A DNA stretch of 56,447 nt from a virus. Lineage: Duplodnaviria > Caudoviricetes. The stretch covers positions 1-56,447 of the IMG/VR virus record IMGVR_UViG_3300034061_006146; one strand, given 5' to 3'. Numbering within the stretch: the stretch's first letter is position 1; each line of letters opens with the position of its first letter. The notes below the pieces were generated by a model. It was not told where the DNA came from, searched no databases, and worked only from the letters and a program-made list of their open reading frames with translations. Positions 9,605 through 18,566 of this stretch are shown in pieces. The position numbers and the translations under genes are program-made.

Positions 9605-9949
9605 TTAATTATTCGAAATTGTGTAAAGTTTTAAAAATTCATTTTGGCTAATTACTAGATTTTCTCCAGCTTTTGCCAAACTACCATCTTCTATCATATC
9701 TTTCATAATAAGTTTTATTTTATCACGAAATTCATCATCGTTCATCTTATCGCTAAAAACGTACTTTAGAGTTTTTGTTGAAAATTTTAGATCCTCTGAA
9801 TCCAATTTTCTGGACTTACTTTCGGAAACTCTAATTAGGTATGAGGTAATATCAAACACAAAGTCCTGCCGAGTTGGATAGGTCGGCAGAGCAATGTGAG
9901 CTTCGAGAGAGTATTTAAGGGGAGCTACTTGGCTTAGATTAAAGATCAT
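9605..9949 (-). CDS. Hypothetical protein between uvsX and 41
   Basis: 114 aa ORF overlapping the uvsX end. It occupies the position of T4 gene 40 but no similarity was recognised. Confidence 0.7.
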   Translation of the reverse strand: MIFNLSQVAPLKYSLEAHIALPTYPTRQDFVFDITSYLIRVSESKSRKLDSEDLKFSTKTLKYVFSDKMNDDEFRDKIKLIMKDMIEDGSLAKAGENLVISQNEFLKLYTISNN

Positions 9950-11129
9950 TATCTGTGTCAGTTAAGTCTTCTAATTCTTCGGTTTCCATATTATCAATTC
10001 CATCCTGAGTTTCCGGAAACTTAAAGGTTGGCTTGATTACCTTTTCATCTAGTTCAGTTAGTACTTCATTAGTGAAAAGCCTTGCTGAGAAAAATTCCTT
10101 AACTGGAACTGCATCACCATTATGTCTAATGATGTAAGTTTTGCCTAATTTCTTGGGTAAGAAGTAGAAGATCTCTCCATCCACTTCAAATTTAGAACAT
10201 AATTCGGATTCATCTGGCTTAAGTTTAGAGAATTCTTTTTCAGTTAACTTATTACCTCTACCGACTCCGCAATTTTCCCAACTAACGTATTGTTCTAATC
10301 CAACAAATGGATTCATACCCTTATGGAAAGAAATATGAAACTCAATATCGATCGGTCTAGCCAAACGATTCTTTTTAGTTTTACTACGAACAATAATTCC
10401 GGTAGTGGTTTTTGCCTCATCACGAAGAGTTCCTTTACTTAACATCAAGATAATTGATGCAGAGAATTCTGGACCTCCACCTCCTGACATGCCTTTTGGA
10501 GTGTATTGATCCATTGAGGCATAGGTGTGATTTGTAAAGATGAATGGAATTTTGTAATTTGAAAGATCCAAAGTCAATGACTTGAATAGTGATCTCATCT
10601 CCTTTGCACGAAGACCCATATCTGCAGCATTCTTACCTGCATCCATATCTCGCTTGCTCTTATCTGTATCTAACATGCCGACTGAATCGACGAACAGAGC
10701 AATCTTAAGGCCTGGGTTTTCTTTGATGGTTTCGATTAGATCATTTACGAAAAACTTAACTTCGCTGATCATACCCATACGCAGATATTTTAGCTTAGAT
10801 AGGTCTACTCCAAATTTTAAGTAGTCGCTAGAGTCAATTGCACCTTCGGTATCAATATAGATTACCATGTAATCTTTCTTTTGAAGCTCACGAACAGCGT
10901 TTAGACAAAGAAACGTTTTACCTGCTCCAGAATCTCCGGCAATACCAATGCTTCGAGTGTTGGGATATCCGCCGAATACTGACCCCGACATTTGCGCGTT
11001 TAATAAGTAGTTTCCAGTTGGAATGTACTCTTCGATGTCTGAGAATCCGCGAATCTCAATTTTAGATTTGACTTTCTTTTCGAGCAAGTCGTTAAACTTG
11101 GCGAATGCGTCCATTGTTGATTTTGCCAT
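9939..11129 (-). CDS. uvsX: RecA-like recombinase UvsX
   Basis: IPTGNYLLNAQMSG, Walker A GDSGAGKT, YIDTEGA, FVDSVG, DMGLRAK, TNHTY, SGGGG. Confidence 0.93.
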   Translation of the reverse strand: MAKSTMDAFAKFNDLLEKKVKSKIEIRGFSDIEEYIPTGNYLLNAQMSGSVFGGYPNTRSIGIAGDSGAGKTFLCLNAVRELQKKDYMVIYIDTEGAIDSSDYLKFGVDLSKLKYLRMGMISEVKFFVNDLIETIKENPGLKIALFVDSVGMLDTDKSKRDMDAGKNAADMGLRAKEMRSLFKSLTLDLSNYKIPFIFTNHTYASMDQYTPKGMSGGGGPEFSASIILMLSKGTLRDEAKTTTGIIVRSKTKKNRLARPIDIEFHISFHKGMNPFVGLEQYVSWENCGVGRGNKLTEKEFSKLKPDESELCSKFEVDGEIFYFLPKKLGKTYIIRHNGDAVPVKEFFSARLFTNEVLTELDEKVIKPTFKFPETQDGIDNMETEELEDLTDTDNDL

Positions 11130-11154
11130 GTGTATAAAAATTAATCTTTAGTAT

Positions 11155-11181
11155 CTTTTACAAAGGATACTGAATTGGATT
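11155..11181 (-). promoter_or_regulatory. Putative early/middle promoter AATCC-N15-GTAAAAG
   Basis: Fixed-spacing motif upstream of uvsX. Confidence 0.5.
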
Positions 11182-11744
11182 TAGTTAAAATATGAAACTA
11201 ATAAAAATGAACCTGCTAAAATAGTCGAGTCCGGAAAGTCACCATTTACTACTTGGTGAAAGCCTACCTTTTTGATAGATGAACTCTCTTTTGTGAAATG
11301 GTCCTTTGATAAATTTCTTGTAAATTCAAGAACTGACTTGCTTGTAATATCGACCCCGTAACAGTGCATTTTATAAGACATTGGAGCATTCATTTGAATG
11401 TCTCCTAAATAGTAAATACTATTTTCAGTTAGTCCCATCTCGTCAATGTTTAAGCCGGCTTCTTCAATTAGAGCACGGCAAACGCTGTCGTATGGAGTTT
11501 TATCAAGATCAGGATTTACTGTATCAATTATTAAAGAGTCAGTTTGGACGTCCGTTGCTGGGTTGAGGTATTCTAGTACGTACACTGACTTGATAGAATT
11601 CTCTGAAGATTTTTCAAATGGAATTAAGCAAATGTACTCAAGATCGTCAGCTAGATACTGATTCGAATGTTGATCCTTGGTCAAGGTCAACACGTTAAAT
11701 CTTCCAAGCTTACTCGTTTCTTTTGATATTAGAGGCTTATTCAT
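11181..11744 (-). CDS. Nudix-fold protein with degenerate Nudix box
   Basis: DTVNPDLDKTPYDSVCRALIEEAGL versus GX5EX7REUXEEXGU, then YYLG and CYGVDIT. ATG at 11744 (MNKPLIS) is coupled to the upstream stop and preferred over 11771. Confidence 0.65.
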   Translation of the reverse strand: MNKPLISKETSKLGRFNVLTLTKDQHSNQYLADDLEYICLIPFEKSSENSIKSVYVLEYLNPATDVQTDSLIIDTVNPDLDKTPYDSVCRALIEEAGLNIDEMGLTENSIYYLGDIQMNAPMSYKMHCYGVDITSKSVLEFTRNLSKDHFTKESSSIKKVGFHQVVNGDFPDSTILAGSFLLVSYFN

Positions 11745-12426
11745 TTGTAATTGTCTTCTTTTTGGTGTCACCAGCCAATGCTTTCTTCATGGTTTTCTTG
11801 ATAGCATCAACAGTTACGTTATTATTTATATAGTTTGATAGTTTGGTCAAAAACTCTTCCTTGTTCTTTGAGTTTTGATACATCATCTTCAAGAGAGTTT
11901 TACTAGGCAGCTTAATTCTGACTGACAAGTTTAAATCGGTGTCCTCGAGTGAAAACATTCCAAATAGATCTCCAGGATCGACATCTAACTGAAATTTTGA
12001 TGGAGCTTGTACAATTTGAGCGGGCTGACCACTAAGAATAGGTTGAGGAGCTTGTGCCTTAATTTCATCTACAAATTCAGTAGGGATATCGCTGGAAACT
12101 TTAACTTCTTCTGATAGAGATGGAATGTAGTTGATTGATCGAATTTCATCAAACGATAATGGATCCTGTCCGTCAGTTAGCATCATTAAATTTGATGAAA
12201 CCATATCGGTGTCAATTTGAGAACCATCTGATAACATTGCAATGAATCTACCATTTCTGCCAGGAACCACGTCCCTAACCTCGACTACCTTGCCCATTTT
12301 GTTTGGATCATTTGTTTTTATCCACTGAAATTTATTAGACTGAAAGCTTGATTTTACAGCAATCAGGGTGTCTATATCATATCCGTTCATAATTTTATGT
12401 AATATTTTTTTAAGATTATTTAGCAT
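11737..12426 (-). CDS. Hypothetical protein
   Basis: 229 aa (alternative start 12390). No polymerase motif although it follows the truncated polB gene. Confidence 0.75.
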   Translation of the reverse strand: MLNNLKKILHKIMNGYDIDTLIAVKSSFQSNKFQWIKTNDPNKMGKVVEVRDVVPGRNGRFIAMLSDGSQIDTDMVSSNLMMLTDGQDPLSFDEIRSINYIPSLSEEVKVSSDIPTEFVDEIKAQAPQPILSGQPAQIVQAPSKFQLDVDPGDLFGMFSLEDTDLNLSVRIKLPSKTLLKMMYQNSKNKEEFLTKLSNYINNNVTVDAIKKTMKKALAGDTKKKTITNE

Positions 12427-13789
12427 CTAGTTGCTCTTCTAATTTTTTCATTTCGCTCTTTGTGTCAACACGACCGTTATACAAACGAGTTAAGATTGTG
12501 CGAGCTGCTGAATCGAAATTTTTAGTAAATAGAGTATTGTTTTTTGTTAGAATTTGACCTTCAGTTGGCTGTTGTTCAGGTTTAATTTTTCCTAAATATG
12601 CATCAGGAGAAATGTTAAACTGAATTTGGATGTTTGGGTACATTGATGCGAAGTCAAAACACGACACATACTTATAATATCCAGGTTCAGGTTTTGCAAC
12701 GTATGCACCATCATAGGTTGCATCTTCTTCAAGATCGCGTCTATCATTTGCCATGTATAAACCACGCTCTAAGAATTCTCTACACATTAAAGTCTCAGTA
12801 ATGAATACTGCTGAGAATACTTTTGAGACGTCAACTCGTGCAAATTTAGAAATTGCAAAGGCCACATCAAGTAGACCAAGTTTGTCTTCTATTAATTTAA
12901 TAAGAATTGTATCAATAATGTTATACTTAATGAAGTTTTCAACGTCTTGTTGAGCTTCTAGCATTGTTGCATATTCACTATGTAATTTAGTGGTTCCAAG
13001 CACAAGATTAGCAATATAATCTAACTTATAATTTTCAACAACCTTATATGGTTTAGTGTTCATGAAAACTTCCATGTAATCTAGAAGTCCCATGTGAATT
13101 GGCATCTTTGCTTTACCGATCAGTGTTTTAGACGGCATTTGGGCCATTGGCTCTATTCCTAAATTCTTACAACGATTGATCAAATACAACCAGTCAAAGC
13201 CAATTACGTTCCAGCCGGTTAAGAATGGAATTTTTGGAAGTACTTTGTGAAAGAAAGTAGTCATCATCTCTTCCTCTGTTTCAAAGAACAAATACTTAAG
13301 AGTGAAATCTTGACCATGCGCTTTGAAATACTCGTTAACTTCATCTTGCATTTGAGAAATTACTGGAGCCTCTAAGCTCTTCATGGTTGACATTACGAAA
13401 CAGATATTATCCTCATTCACAAACGTTATTAAATTAACTGGCATTGCAGCTTTATTTGGATCTGGGAAATCTGTTGATAATAGCTGAATCTCAATATCCA
13501 GATAGTACTTTTTTGGACTATCATCTGAATAGATTGAATCTAACTCAGTTTGATCTAATCTGGTTTGGGTTAATTCTTCGAGCCTAAATCGGCTTAGCCA
13601 CTTACCTTGAACTTTCTTTAGGAACTTTCCATCCCAATTACGATTCTCAGTTGGAGTAGGAGTTAGGTTCCAGTTATAAAGATCATGCGGTAGAATTGGT
13701 TTTTTCATGAATCCAATTGTTCCATCGGGCTTATAATACGAAATGACTAATGACGAGTCTTCCGTGTGAAATTCAGTACTTACAATCAT
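12416..13789 (-). CDS. gp43: Family B DNA polymerase, N-terminal subunit of a split gp43
   Basis: ExoI YLDIE, ExoII TGWNVIGFDWLYL, YKLDYIA, ExoIII YNIID, YDGAYV, motif A CFDFASMYPNI, NISPD. Ends after the first fingers helix; motifs B (KxxxNSxYG) and C (YGDTDS) are absent. Confidence 0.9.
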   Translation of the reverse strand: MIVSTEFHTEDSSLVISYYKPDGTIGFMKKPILPHDLYNWNLTPTPTENRNWDGKFLKKVQGKWLSRFRLEELTQTRLDQTELDSIYSDDSPKKYYLDIEIQLLSTDFPDPNKAAMPVNLITFVNEDNICFVMSTMKSLEAPVISQMQDEVNEYFKAHGQDFTLKYLFFETEEEMMTTFFHKVLPKIPFLTGWNVIGFDWLYLINRCKNLGIEPMAQMPSKTLIGKAKMPIHMGLLDYMEVFMNTKPYKVVENYKLDYIANLVLGTTKLHSEYATMLEAQQDVENFIKYNIIDTILIKLIEDKLGLLDVAFAISKFARVDVSKVFSAVFITETLMCREFLERGLYMANDRRDLEEDATYDGAYVAKPEPGYYKYVSCFDFASMYPNIQIQFNISPDAYLGKIKPEQQPTEGQILTKNNTLFTKNFDSAARTILTRLYNGRVDTKSEMKKLEEQLDAK

Positions 13790-13807
13790 GTTTTATTATT
13801 TTACCAA

Positions 13808-14287
13808 TTAATAACCATTCTGTTGACGAGCTCGATTCTCTTCGTTTTTAGACATGTACATGTTGTACATCTCCTGAGGAGTCATTCCGATTGAAATAGC
13901 ATAGTTCATAAAAAAGTGTAGCATATCAATTACCTCAAATTTGCACTCAAGCTGATCACCTTCTGATAAATCTGAGAATTTCTTATCCGAATAGCTCTCG
14001 TGAGCCTTTTTCCATCTTTTCCAGATGGCATTACCTTCACCGTCCTTGATTCCGCCAAGAGCATCGGTTGCTTCGTGAATCTCGTCGATCATTGCATGAT
14101 TGTTCATGTGCCAAAATGTCATTAGGTCACGTAAGGTCATGTTCTTAAAGTCATACCCATAAACATTTTTCTGAGTATCTGCCTGTAAGGTCATGATGTC
14201 TCCAAGAGTATCATTAGTCATCTCAGTACGATCTGACCAAAGGTCTTTAATTTCTAATTTTGCGCAGGAATTGTCTGTATTTGCCAT
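13808..14287 (-). CDS. gp56: dCTPase/dUTPase, T4 gp56 family
   Basis: IDEIHE..DALG, IWKRWK, DQLECKFEVIDMLHFFMN, YMSKNEENRARQQNGY closely follow T4 gp56 as I recall it (DQLEIKFELVDIFHF...KN..NFERQDNGY). Confidence 0.9.
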   Translation of the reverse strand: MANTDNSCAKLEIKDLWSDRTEMTNDTLGDIMTLQADTQKNVYGYDFKNMTLRDLMTFWHMNNHAMIDEIHEATDALGGIKDGEGNAIWKRWKKAHESYSDKKFSDLSEGDQLECKFEVIDMLHFFMNYAISIGMTPQEMYNMYMSKNEENRARQQNGY

Positions 14288-14308
14288 ATTTAGTTAGTTT
14301 TACAAGAT

Positions 14309-14335
14309 CTTTTACCCCAAAAGTGAAAAAAGTTT
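14309..14335 (-). promoter_or_regulatory. Putative early/middle promoter AAACT-N15-GTAAAAG
   Basis: Upstream of the gp56-gp43 operon. Confidence 0.6.
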
Positions 14336-14357
14336 AAGTTTATTATGCTGGTTGCTG

Positions 14358-14428
14358 ATAAATAACTACAGACGCGACTAGCCCAAGTTCAGAAAGTATG
14401 AATTTGGACTTAATGCGATAAATAAATA
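14358..14428 (+). promoter_or_regulatory. Tandem late promoter boxes for the sheath gene
   Basis: ATAAATA at 14358-14364, 14418-14424 and overlapping 14422-14428. Confidence 0.65.
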
Positions 14429-14452
14429 ACTTCAAAATAATACGCAAAAGCG

Positions 14453-17400
14453 ATGGCAGAAAAATTAAATCTGAACCGATTCAAGTCGAGCGGTGTTTAC
14501 ACAGTCGAAATCGACGAAAGCACTAGTCTCAGCTTACCTTTATCGACAGGCAGACTCGTAATAGGATCCAGCAAAAAGGGACCTATCAATTCAGTAGTAC
14601 TAATTAATGACTTACGTGCATTAACCGCAGTATACGGAGAAAATGATTCTAAACTAGAAAAGAACGGAAGCTTCTTTCATAGAACTATAGAAATAGCATT
14701 GAGGCAAGGCCCAGTGTTCGCTTTGAATCTTTTACCTGTGGCAGACACAGATGTTGCATACTTTACAACATTCAACACTGAATCGGCATCAAATAATTCA
14801 AATTGGGCGGCTAATCTTTATCAAGATAGTCTTTCGCGTTTCTACAACACTCAGAAACTATGGTTTGCTGATGTTGATGCAGTTAACAAGTACAAAAATA
14901 TCAAATTAGGCGATTCATTCCCAGCAACCGGAACCGCTGATAGAGATGCTAACAAACTTTTAAGTTTAGTTAACCTTTCTAAGAAAGCAGTTACTGCATG
15001 GGTTAGAGTAGCTGATACTACTGGATATGACATTAAAGTTAAGGAATACTACAAGCTTCTAGGAGACAAAGTAGAAATTCCTGAATTCTTACACCCAGAT
15101 GATTACATTTCAGACTACTTCGTTGAAATCGCAGTAGTTGAAGGCGATTGGACTGATTATATTAGACTTTCTAAGGACCCAGTTTACGCACAGTATTTCA
15201 ATCCATCAGGTATTGAACTTTCTAAAATGAATGACTTCTTGTCATTAAGAGAAGTTTCAGTTGTAAATCGTACAATTGGAGCAATGATTCCTGATTTTAG
15301 AGATTTAACTGGAGCAGTTTCTGCAATAGACACATTGTTCAATAGAAAATTCAGCCAAGGCGGAGTATTCTGTGCAATTGATTACAAGAAAGTTGACATG
15401 ATTGACTTAACTAATGCTACATTCGATAGCGGTAGTTCAACTGAACCTGCAGCAGAACAAAGAATTGACCTAGTAGGTTATGGATTTGACGAACTTAATA
15501 CAACTGATGTGACTAAGCAACTTTACACAGTAGACAACGGAATCAGCACAGTTAATCCAGTTGCTCTAATTGACGTAATGAGTTATAGAAAATCAGCTGG
15601 ATACGAATACTATTTTGGATTGGATGATGTTGATTACAATTCAACTTACGCAGCAGGTGAAACTTACACAGTCCAAAAATTATCAGGTCCATCTAATTTA
15701 CCAACTGGCGATAAGTACATAGTTGCAACTATCGGAAGTAAACTTTATACTGCATGGGCAAACGGTTTCATTAAAACTGGAGATACTTTGCACTACTTAG
15801 CAGGTCCTTCTGCTACACCAACTACTCTTTACTTATCAACTGACGGGTTAGTTAAAACACAAAGCACAGGTCAAATCAAGTACATTGAATTCTATGCTTA
15901 TCAAGATGCAGCATTCCAAAATCAAGTTGACGCTCAGTACATAACTGACAATGTTATTAGTCCAGCACCAGCGTACTTGCATATCAAATCGACTAACGTT
16001 ACTCAATTTAAAGCGGATTTCGATTTAACTGATTCTAACTATTTCATCACTACTGGAGCTAACAACTACAGGTTCTTTTCTCCAAATCAAGTCGTATTTA
16101 CTCTTAATCCTTCACTTTATGGAAACACGGCTAAGAAAGAAACGGCAAATGCCGGATACTCGTACGATTCAACTAAAAGAAATCTAATTGATTCATTCTT
16201 TAAGGTTGGACAATGGGTTAAAGCTGGAATCATAAAAGATGCAAACGGTGATCAAGTCATTCGTAACCGATCATTAAGAATTAGATCGGTTTACGCACAG
16301 TTAGTAACGGTTAATTATGGACCTTCTAACCTACCTGTTAAAACTCTAAAATACACAGTTACTGTCGATACCGCGGCTGATGCAAATATCACAGGTATCG
16401 ATATTACGCCTGCGGTTTTAGGTGGAAATGCAGGTCTTAGCGTTTACAAAGGAATCAAAAATTACGTAACTGATCTTAGAGGTTTTTACGTACCTGCAAT
16501 GCAAGTTGATGAGAGCGGATTGTATCCTAACGGAACAGCTGATCGCCAAAACACTATCTTGGACTACATGTTCAATGATACTAACATTGCTTCTACATTA
16601 GCGGATAATGAGACTCTAGATTATCGTTACATTATTGATTCTTATGAAGGTCAAATTTGGAGCGCTTCTAAACAACAACTTGCGCAACTTGCAGCAAATC
16701 ACGGAAAAGCTTTAGCTATCCTAAATGCTCCATCATTCGCTCAATACGAAAGATCAATTGATCCAAGCTTCATTGATGTTAACACTAACTTAGTATCAGC
16801 TGAATACATTTCAACTGGTGGTAACTTATCGACTAATCCATCTTACACATTTGGATTCGCAAGTGGAGAAAGAGGCGGTATTGCAATATCATCATATACT
16901 GCATACTTCATGCCTAACCTAGTAATATTTGAAGGCGGTAGAAATAAATCAATTCCACCTGCTGCATACGTTGCTAATACTTACATGAAGAAATACTCTA
17001 GCGGAAATACTTTCTCAATCGTAGCAGGTAAACGAGGTATTATTACTGAGCCTGAAATTACAGGAGTTGAATACGACTTAACTAATGGCGATAGAGACTT
17101 CTTGGAGCCAGCAGGTTTCAACTTGATCGTTAGACGTAGAGGTTTCGGTGTTATGATTTTCTCAAATAATACTGGATACCAAAAAGTTAAATCAGCTTTG
17201 AATAACGTTCACGTAAGAGAAGCATTGGTAACAATTGAAAGAGATATTGAAAGAATCTTGTTGAACTTCCTATTTGATTTCAACGATACTACTACTCGTT
17301 TAAGAGTTAAAACTCTTGTTAAGAACTACTTAACTGCAGTTCAAGACGCTAGAGGTATCGCAACATTCGATGTAATCTTTGATGATTCAAATAACGGAAC

Positions 17401-17545
17401 TGAAGTTCTTGAAAATAATGCAGGTATTATTGATATTATTGTTGATTTTCCAAGAGGTATTCACAAGTTCATCAATCGTATTACAATCACAAGAGCTGGT
17501 GGCCAATTGGCTTCTAACTCTACTGGATTTACGCCTTCATTCTAA
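14453..17545 (+). CDS. gp18: Contractile tail sheath protein (gp18 family) with large insertions
   Basis: N-terminal SSGVYTVEIDES..GSSKKGP. C-terminal IPPAAYV, VAGKRG, SALNNVHVRE, FLFDFND..TR, V.DARGI..F.VI.D.SNN. Length 1030 aa. Confidence 0.93.
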   Translation: MAEKLNLNRFKSSGVYTVEIDESTSLSLPLSTGRLVIGSSKKGPINSVVLINDLRALTAVYGENDSKLEKNGSFFHRTIEIALRQGPVFALNLLPVADTDVAYFTTFNTESASNNSNWAANLYQDSLSRFYNTQKLWFADVDAVNKYKNIKLGDSFPATGTADRDANKLLSLVNLSKKAVTAWVRVADTTGYDIKVKEYYKLLGDKVEIPEFLHPDDYISDYFVEIAVVEGDWTDYIRLSKDPVYAQYFNPSGIELSKMNDFLSLREVSVVNRTIGAMIPDFRDLTGAVSAIDTLFNRKFSQGGVFCAIDYKKVDMIDLTNATFDSGSSTEPAAEQRIDLVGYGFDELNTTDVTKQLYTVDNGISTVNPVALIDVMSYRKSAGYEYYFGLDDVDYNSTYAAGETYTVQKLSGPSNLPTGDKYIVATIGSKLYTAWANGFIKTGDTLHYLAGPSATPTTLYLSTDGLVKTQSTGQIKYIEFYAYQDAAFQNQVDAQYITDNVISPAPAYLHIKSTNVTQFKADFDLTDSNYFITTGANNYRFFSPNQVVFTLNPSLYGNTAKKETANAGYSYDSTKRNLIDSFFKVGQWVKAGIIKDANGDQVIRNRSLRIRSVYAQLVTVNYGPSNLPVKTLKYTVTVDTAADANITGIDITPAVLGGNAGLSVYKGIKNYVTDLRGFYVPAMQVDESGLYPNGTADRQNTILDYMFNDTNIASTLADNETLDYRYIIDSYEGQIWSASKQQLAQLAANHGKALAILNAPSFAQYERSIDPSFIDVNTNLVSAEYISTGGNLSTNPSYTFGFASGERGGIAISSYTAYFMPNLVIFEGGRNKSIPPAAYVANTYMKKYSSGNTFSIVAGKRGIITEPEITGVEYDLTNGDRDFLEPAGFNLIVRRRGFGVMIFSNNTGYQKVKSALNNVHVREALVTIERDIERILLNFLFDFNDTTTRLRVKTLVKNYLTAVQDARGIATFDVIFDDSNNGTEVLENNAGIIDIIVDFPRGIHKFINRITITRAGGQLASNSTGFTPSF

Positions 17546-17564
17546 AAGACGAACTCTATTTAAT

Positions 17565-17597
17565 AACAAAAGGACTCCATTGGAGTCCTTTTTTGTT
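17565..17597. terminator. Bidirectional intrinsic terminator
   Basis: aacaaaaggactcc-att-ggagtccttttttgtt between the convergent sheath and HAD genes. Confidence 0.9.
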
Positions 17598-17647
17598 TAG
17601 GGCCGTCCGGAAACAGCATTCCACCACTCGGTTTAAGTCCGAGAACT

Positions 17648-18247
17648 TTAGTCTTCAACTGGGCCTACCATCTCTTCAACTACACGAATCGTATCAGTTG
17701 AATCGTTATGCAGGACTCCAATACCACCAGCTTTGGTCCATTTTTCCAATTTTCGAGAAAAGTCGTCAATTAGAACTGGCTCTTTGCCCAATAGAGTTTT
17801 AGCAGGTTGTACGTACTCATGCTTATGATTTGCCAAGATGAATCTAGTTTCTTTTGTAAAATCGGCTGGGTCCTTCACTGCCTCTTGATCAATTCCCAAA
17901 TGGCGTTTTACCCATTTAGTCTTACCCGCAAAACAGCCTGGGTGTTTACTTGGTGAAGATAGGATGATTGGATCGTACCGCTTAAGATAGTCCCATAATT
18001 CTCTACCGTCTTTCATCCACTGTAAATTTTCCCAAAAAGATTCTCCAAGCTCGTCAATTAACGGCCATAATGAATCTTTGCCATGGGCCTTTTCATAGTC
18101 CTTTGGCGAAAGTTTTTCAGTATTACTAGGCAGTTCAATAAAGCCTCTATTGAAATCAACTAAGACTCCGTCTAGATCACAAAAAATCCTAAAATCATTT
18201 GACTTTTCTTCATTCACGAACTGTGTGAAACTTTTAAGATTGCTCAT
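17648..18247 (-). CDS. HAD-family 5'(3')-nucleotidase (NT5C-like) with capsid-targeting-like N-terminus
   Basis: IFCDLDGVLVDF, ILSSP, GKTKWV, LIDD...W.KAGGIGVLH. Begins MSNLKSFTQFVNEE. Confidence 0.85.
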   Translation of the reverse strand: MSNLKSFTQFVNEEKSNDFRIFCDLDGVLVDFNRGFIELPSNTEKLSPKDYEKAHGKDSLWPLIDELGESFWENLQWMKDGRELWDYLKRYDPIILSSPSKHPGCFAGKTKWVKRHLGIDQEAVKDPADFTKETRFILANHKHEYVQPAKTLLGKEPVLIDDFSRKLEKWTKAGGIGVLHNDSTDTIRVVEEMVGPVED

Positions 18248-18566
18248 TTAATTCAAATTGTGTTTCTTGATCCTTATTGATTATGGCTAAGAGATCATTC
18301 GCCATTACTAGGTGATAATTACTACCGTCCCATTTTACATCAAGTCCAGAATATCGTTGGTACAAAACTCTGTCCCCAACCTTAACTGGGCATTTTGAAT
18401 TATCTGCGACAAGATGGCCTAGTCCGATTACTTTACCTGTGTTAGGTCTTTTTCTTGCATCCACCGATAATACAATGCCGGTTTCTGTTTTAGTTTCAAC
18501 TGAATCAGGTAAAACTAGGATTCTTTCAAATAAAGGAATAAATCCGTTTTGAATGTCTATGCTCAT
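18234..18566 (-). CDS. groES: Co-chaperonin GroES
   Basis: PLFERILV, mobile loop ETKTETGIVL, GKVIGLG, VKVGDRVLY.RYSG. Confidence 0.93.
   Translation of the reverse strand: MSIDIQNGFIPLFERILVLPDSVETKTETGIVLSVDARKRPNTGKVIGLGHLVADNSKCPVKVGDRVLYQRYSGLDVKWDGSNYHLVMANDLLAIINKDQETQFELNEQS

Noticed and set aside
11737-12426. Possible C-terminal half of the DNA polymerase
   Set aside because: No KxxxNSxYG or YGDTDS motif in the translation.
17598-17647. tRNA-like fragments (GGACTTAAA, GGTGGAATG, TTCCACCA)
   Set aside because: Too short, elements out of order, no T-arm GTTCRA or acceptor stem. No tRNA gene was recognised in the window.
17593-17802. Short plus-strand ORFs 17379..17600 and 17593..17802
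   Set aside because: They overlap the sheath end, the terminator and the HAD gene on the opposite strand, with no expression signals.
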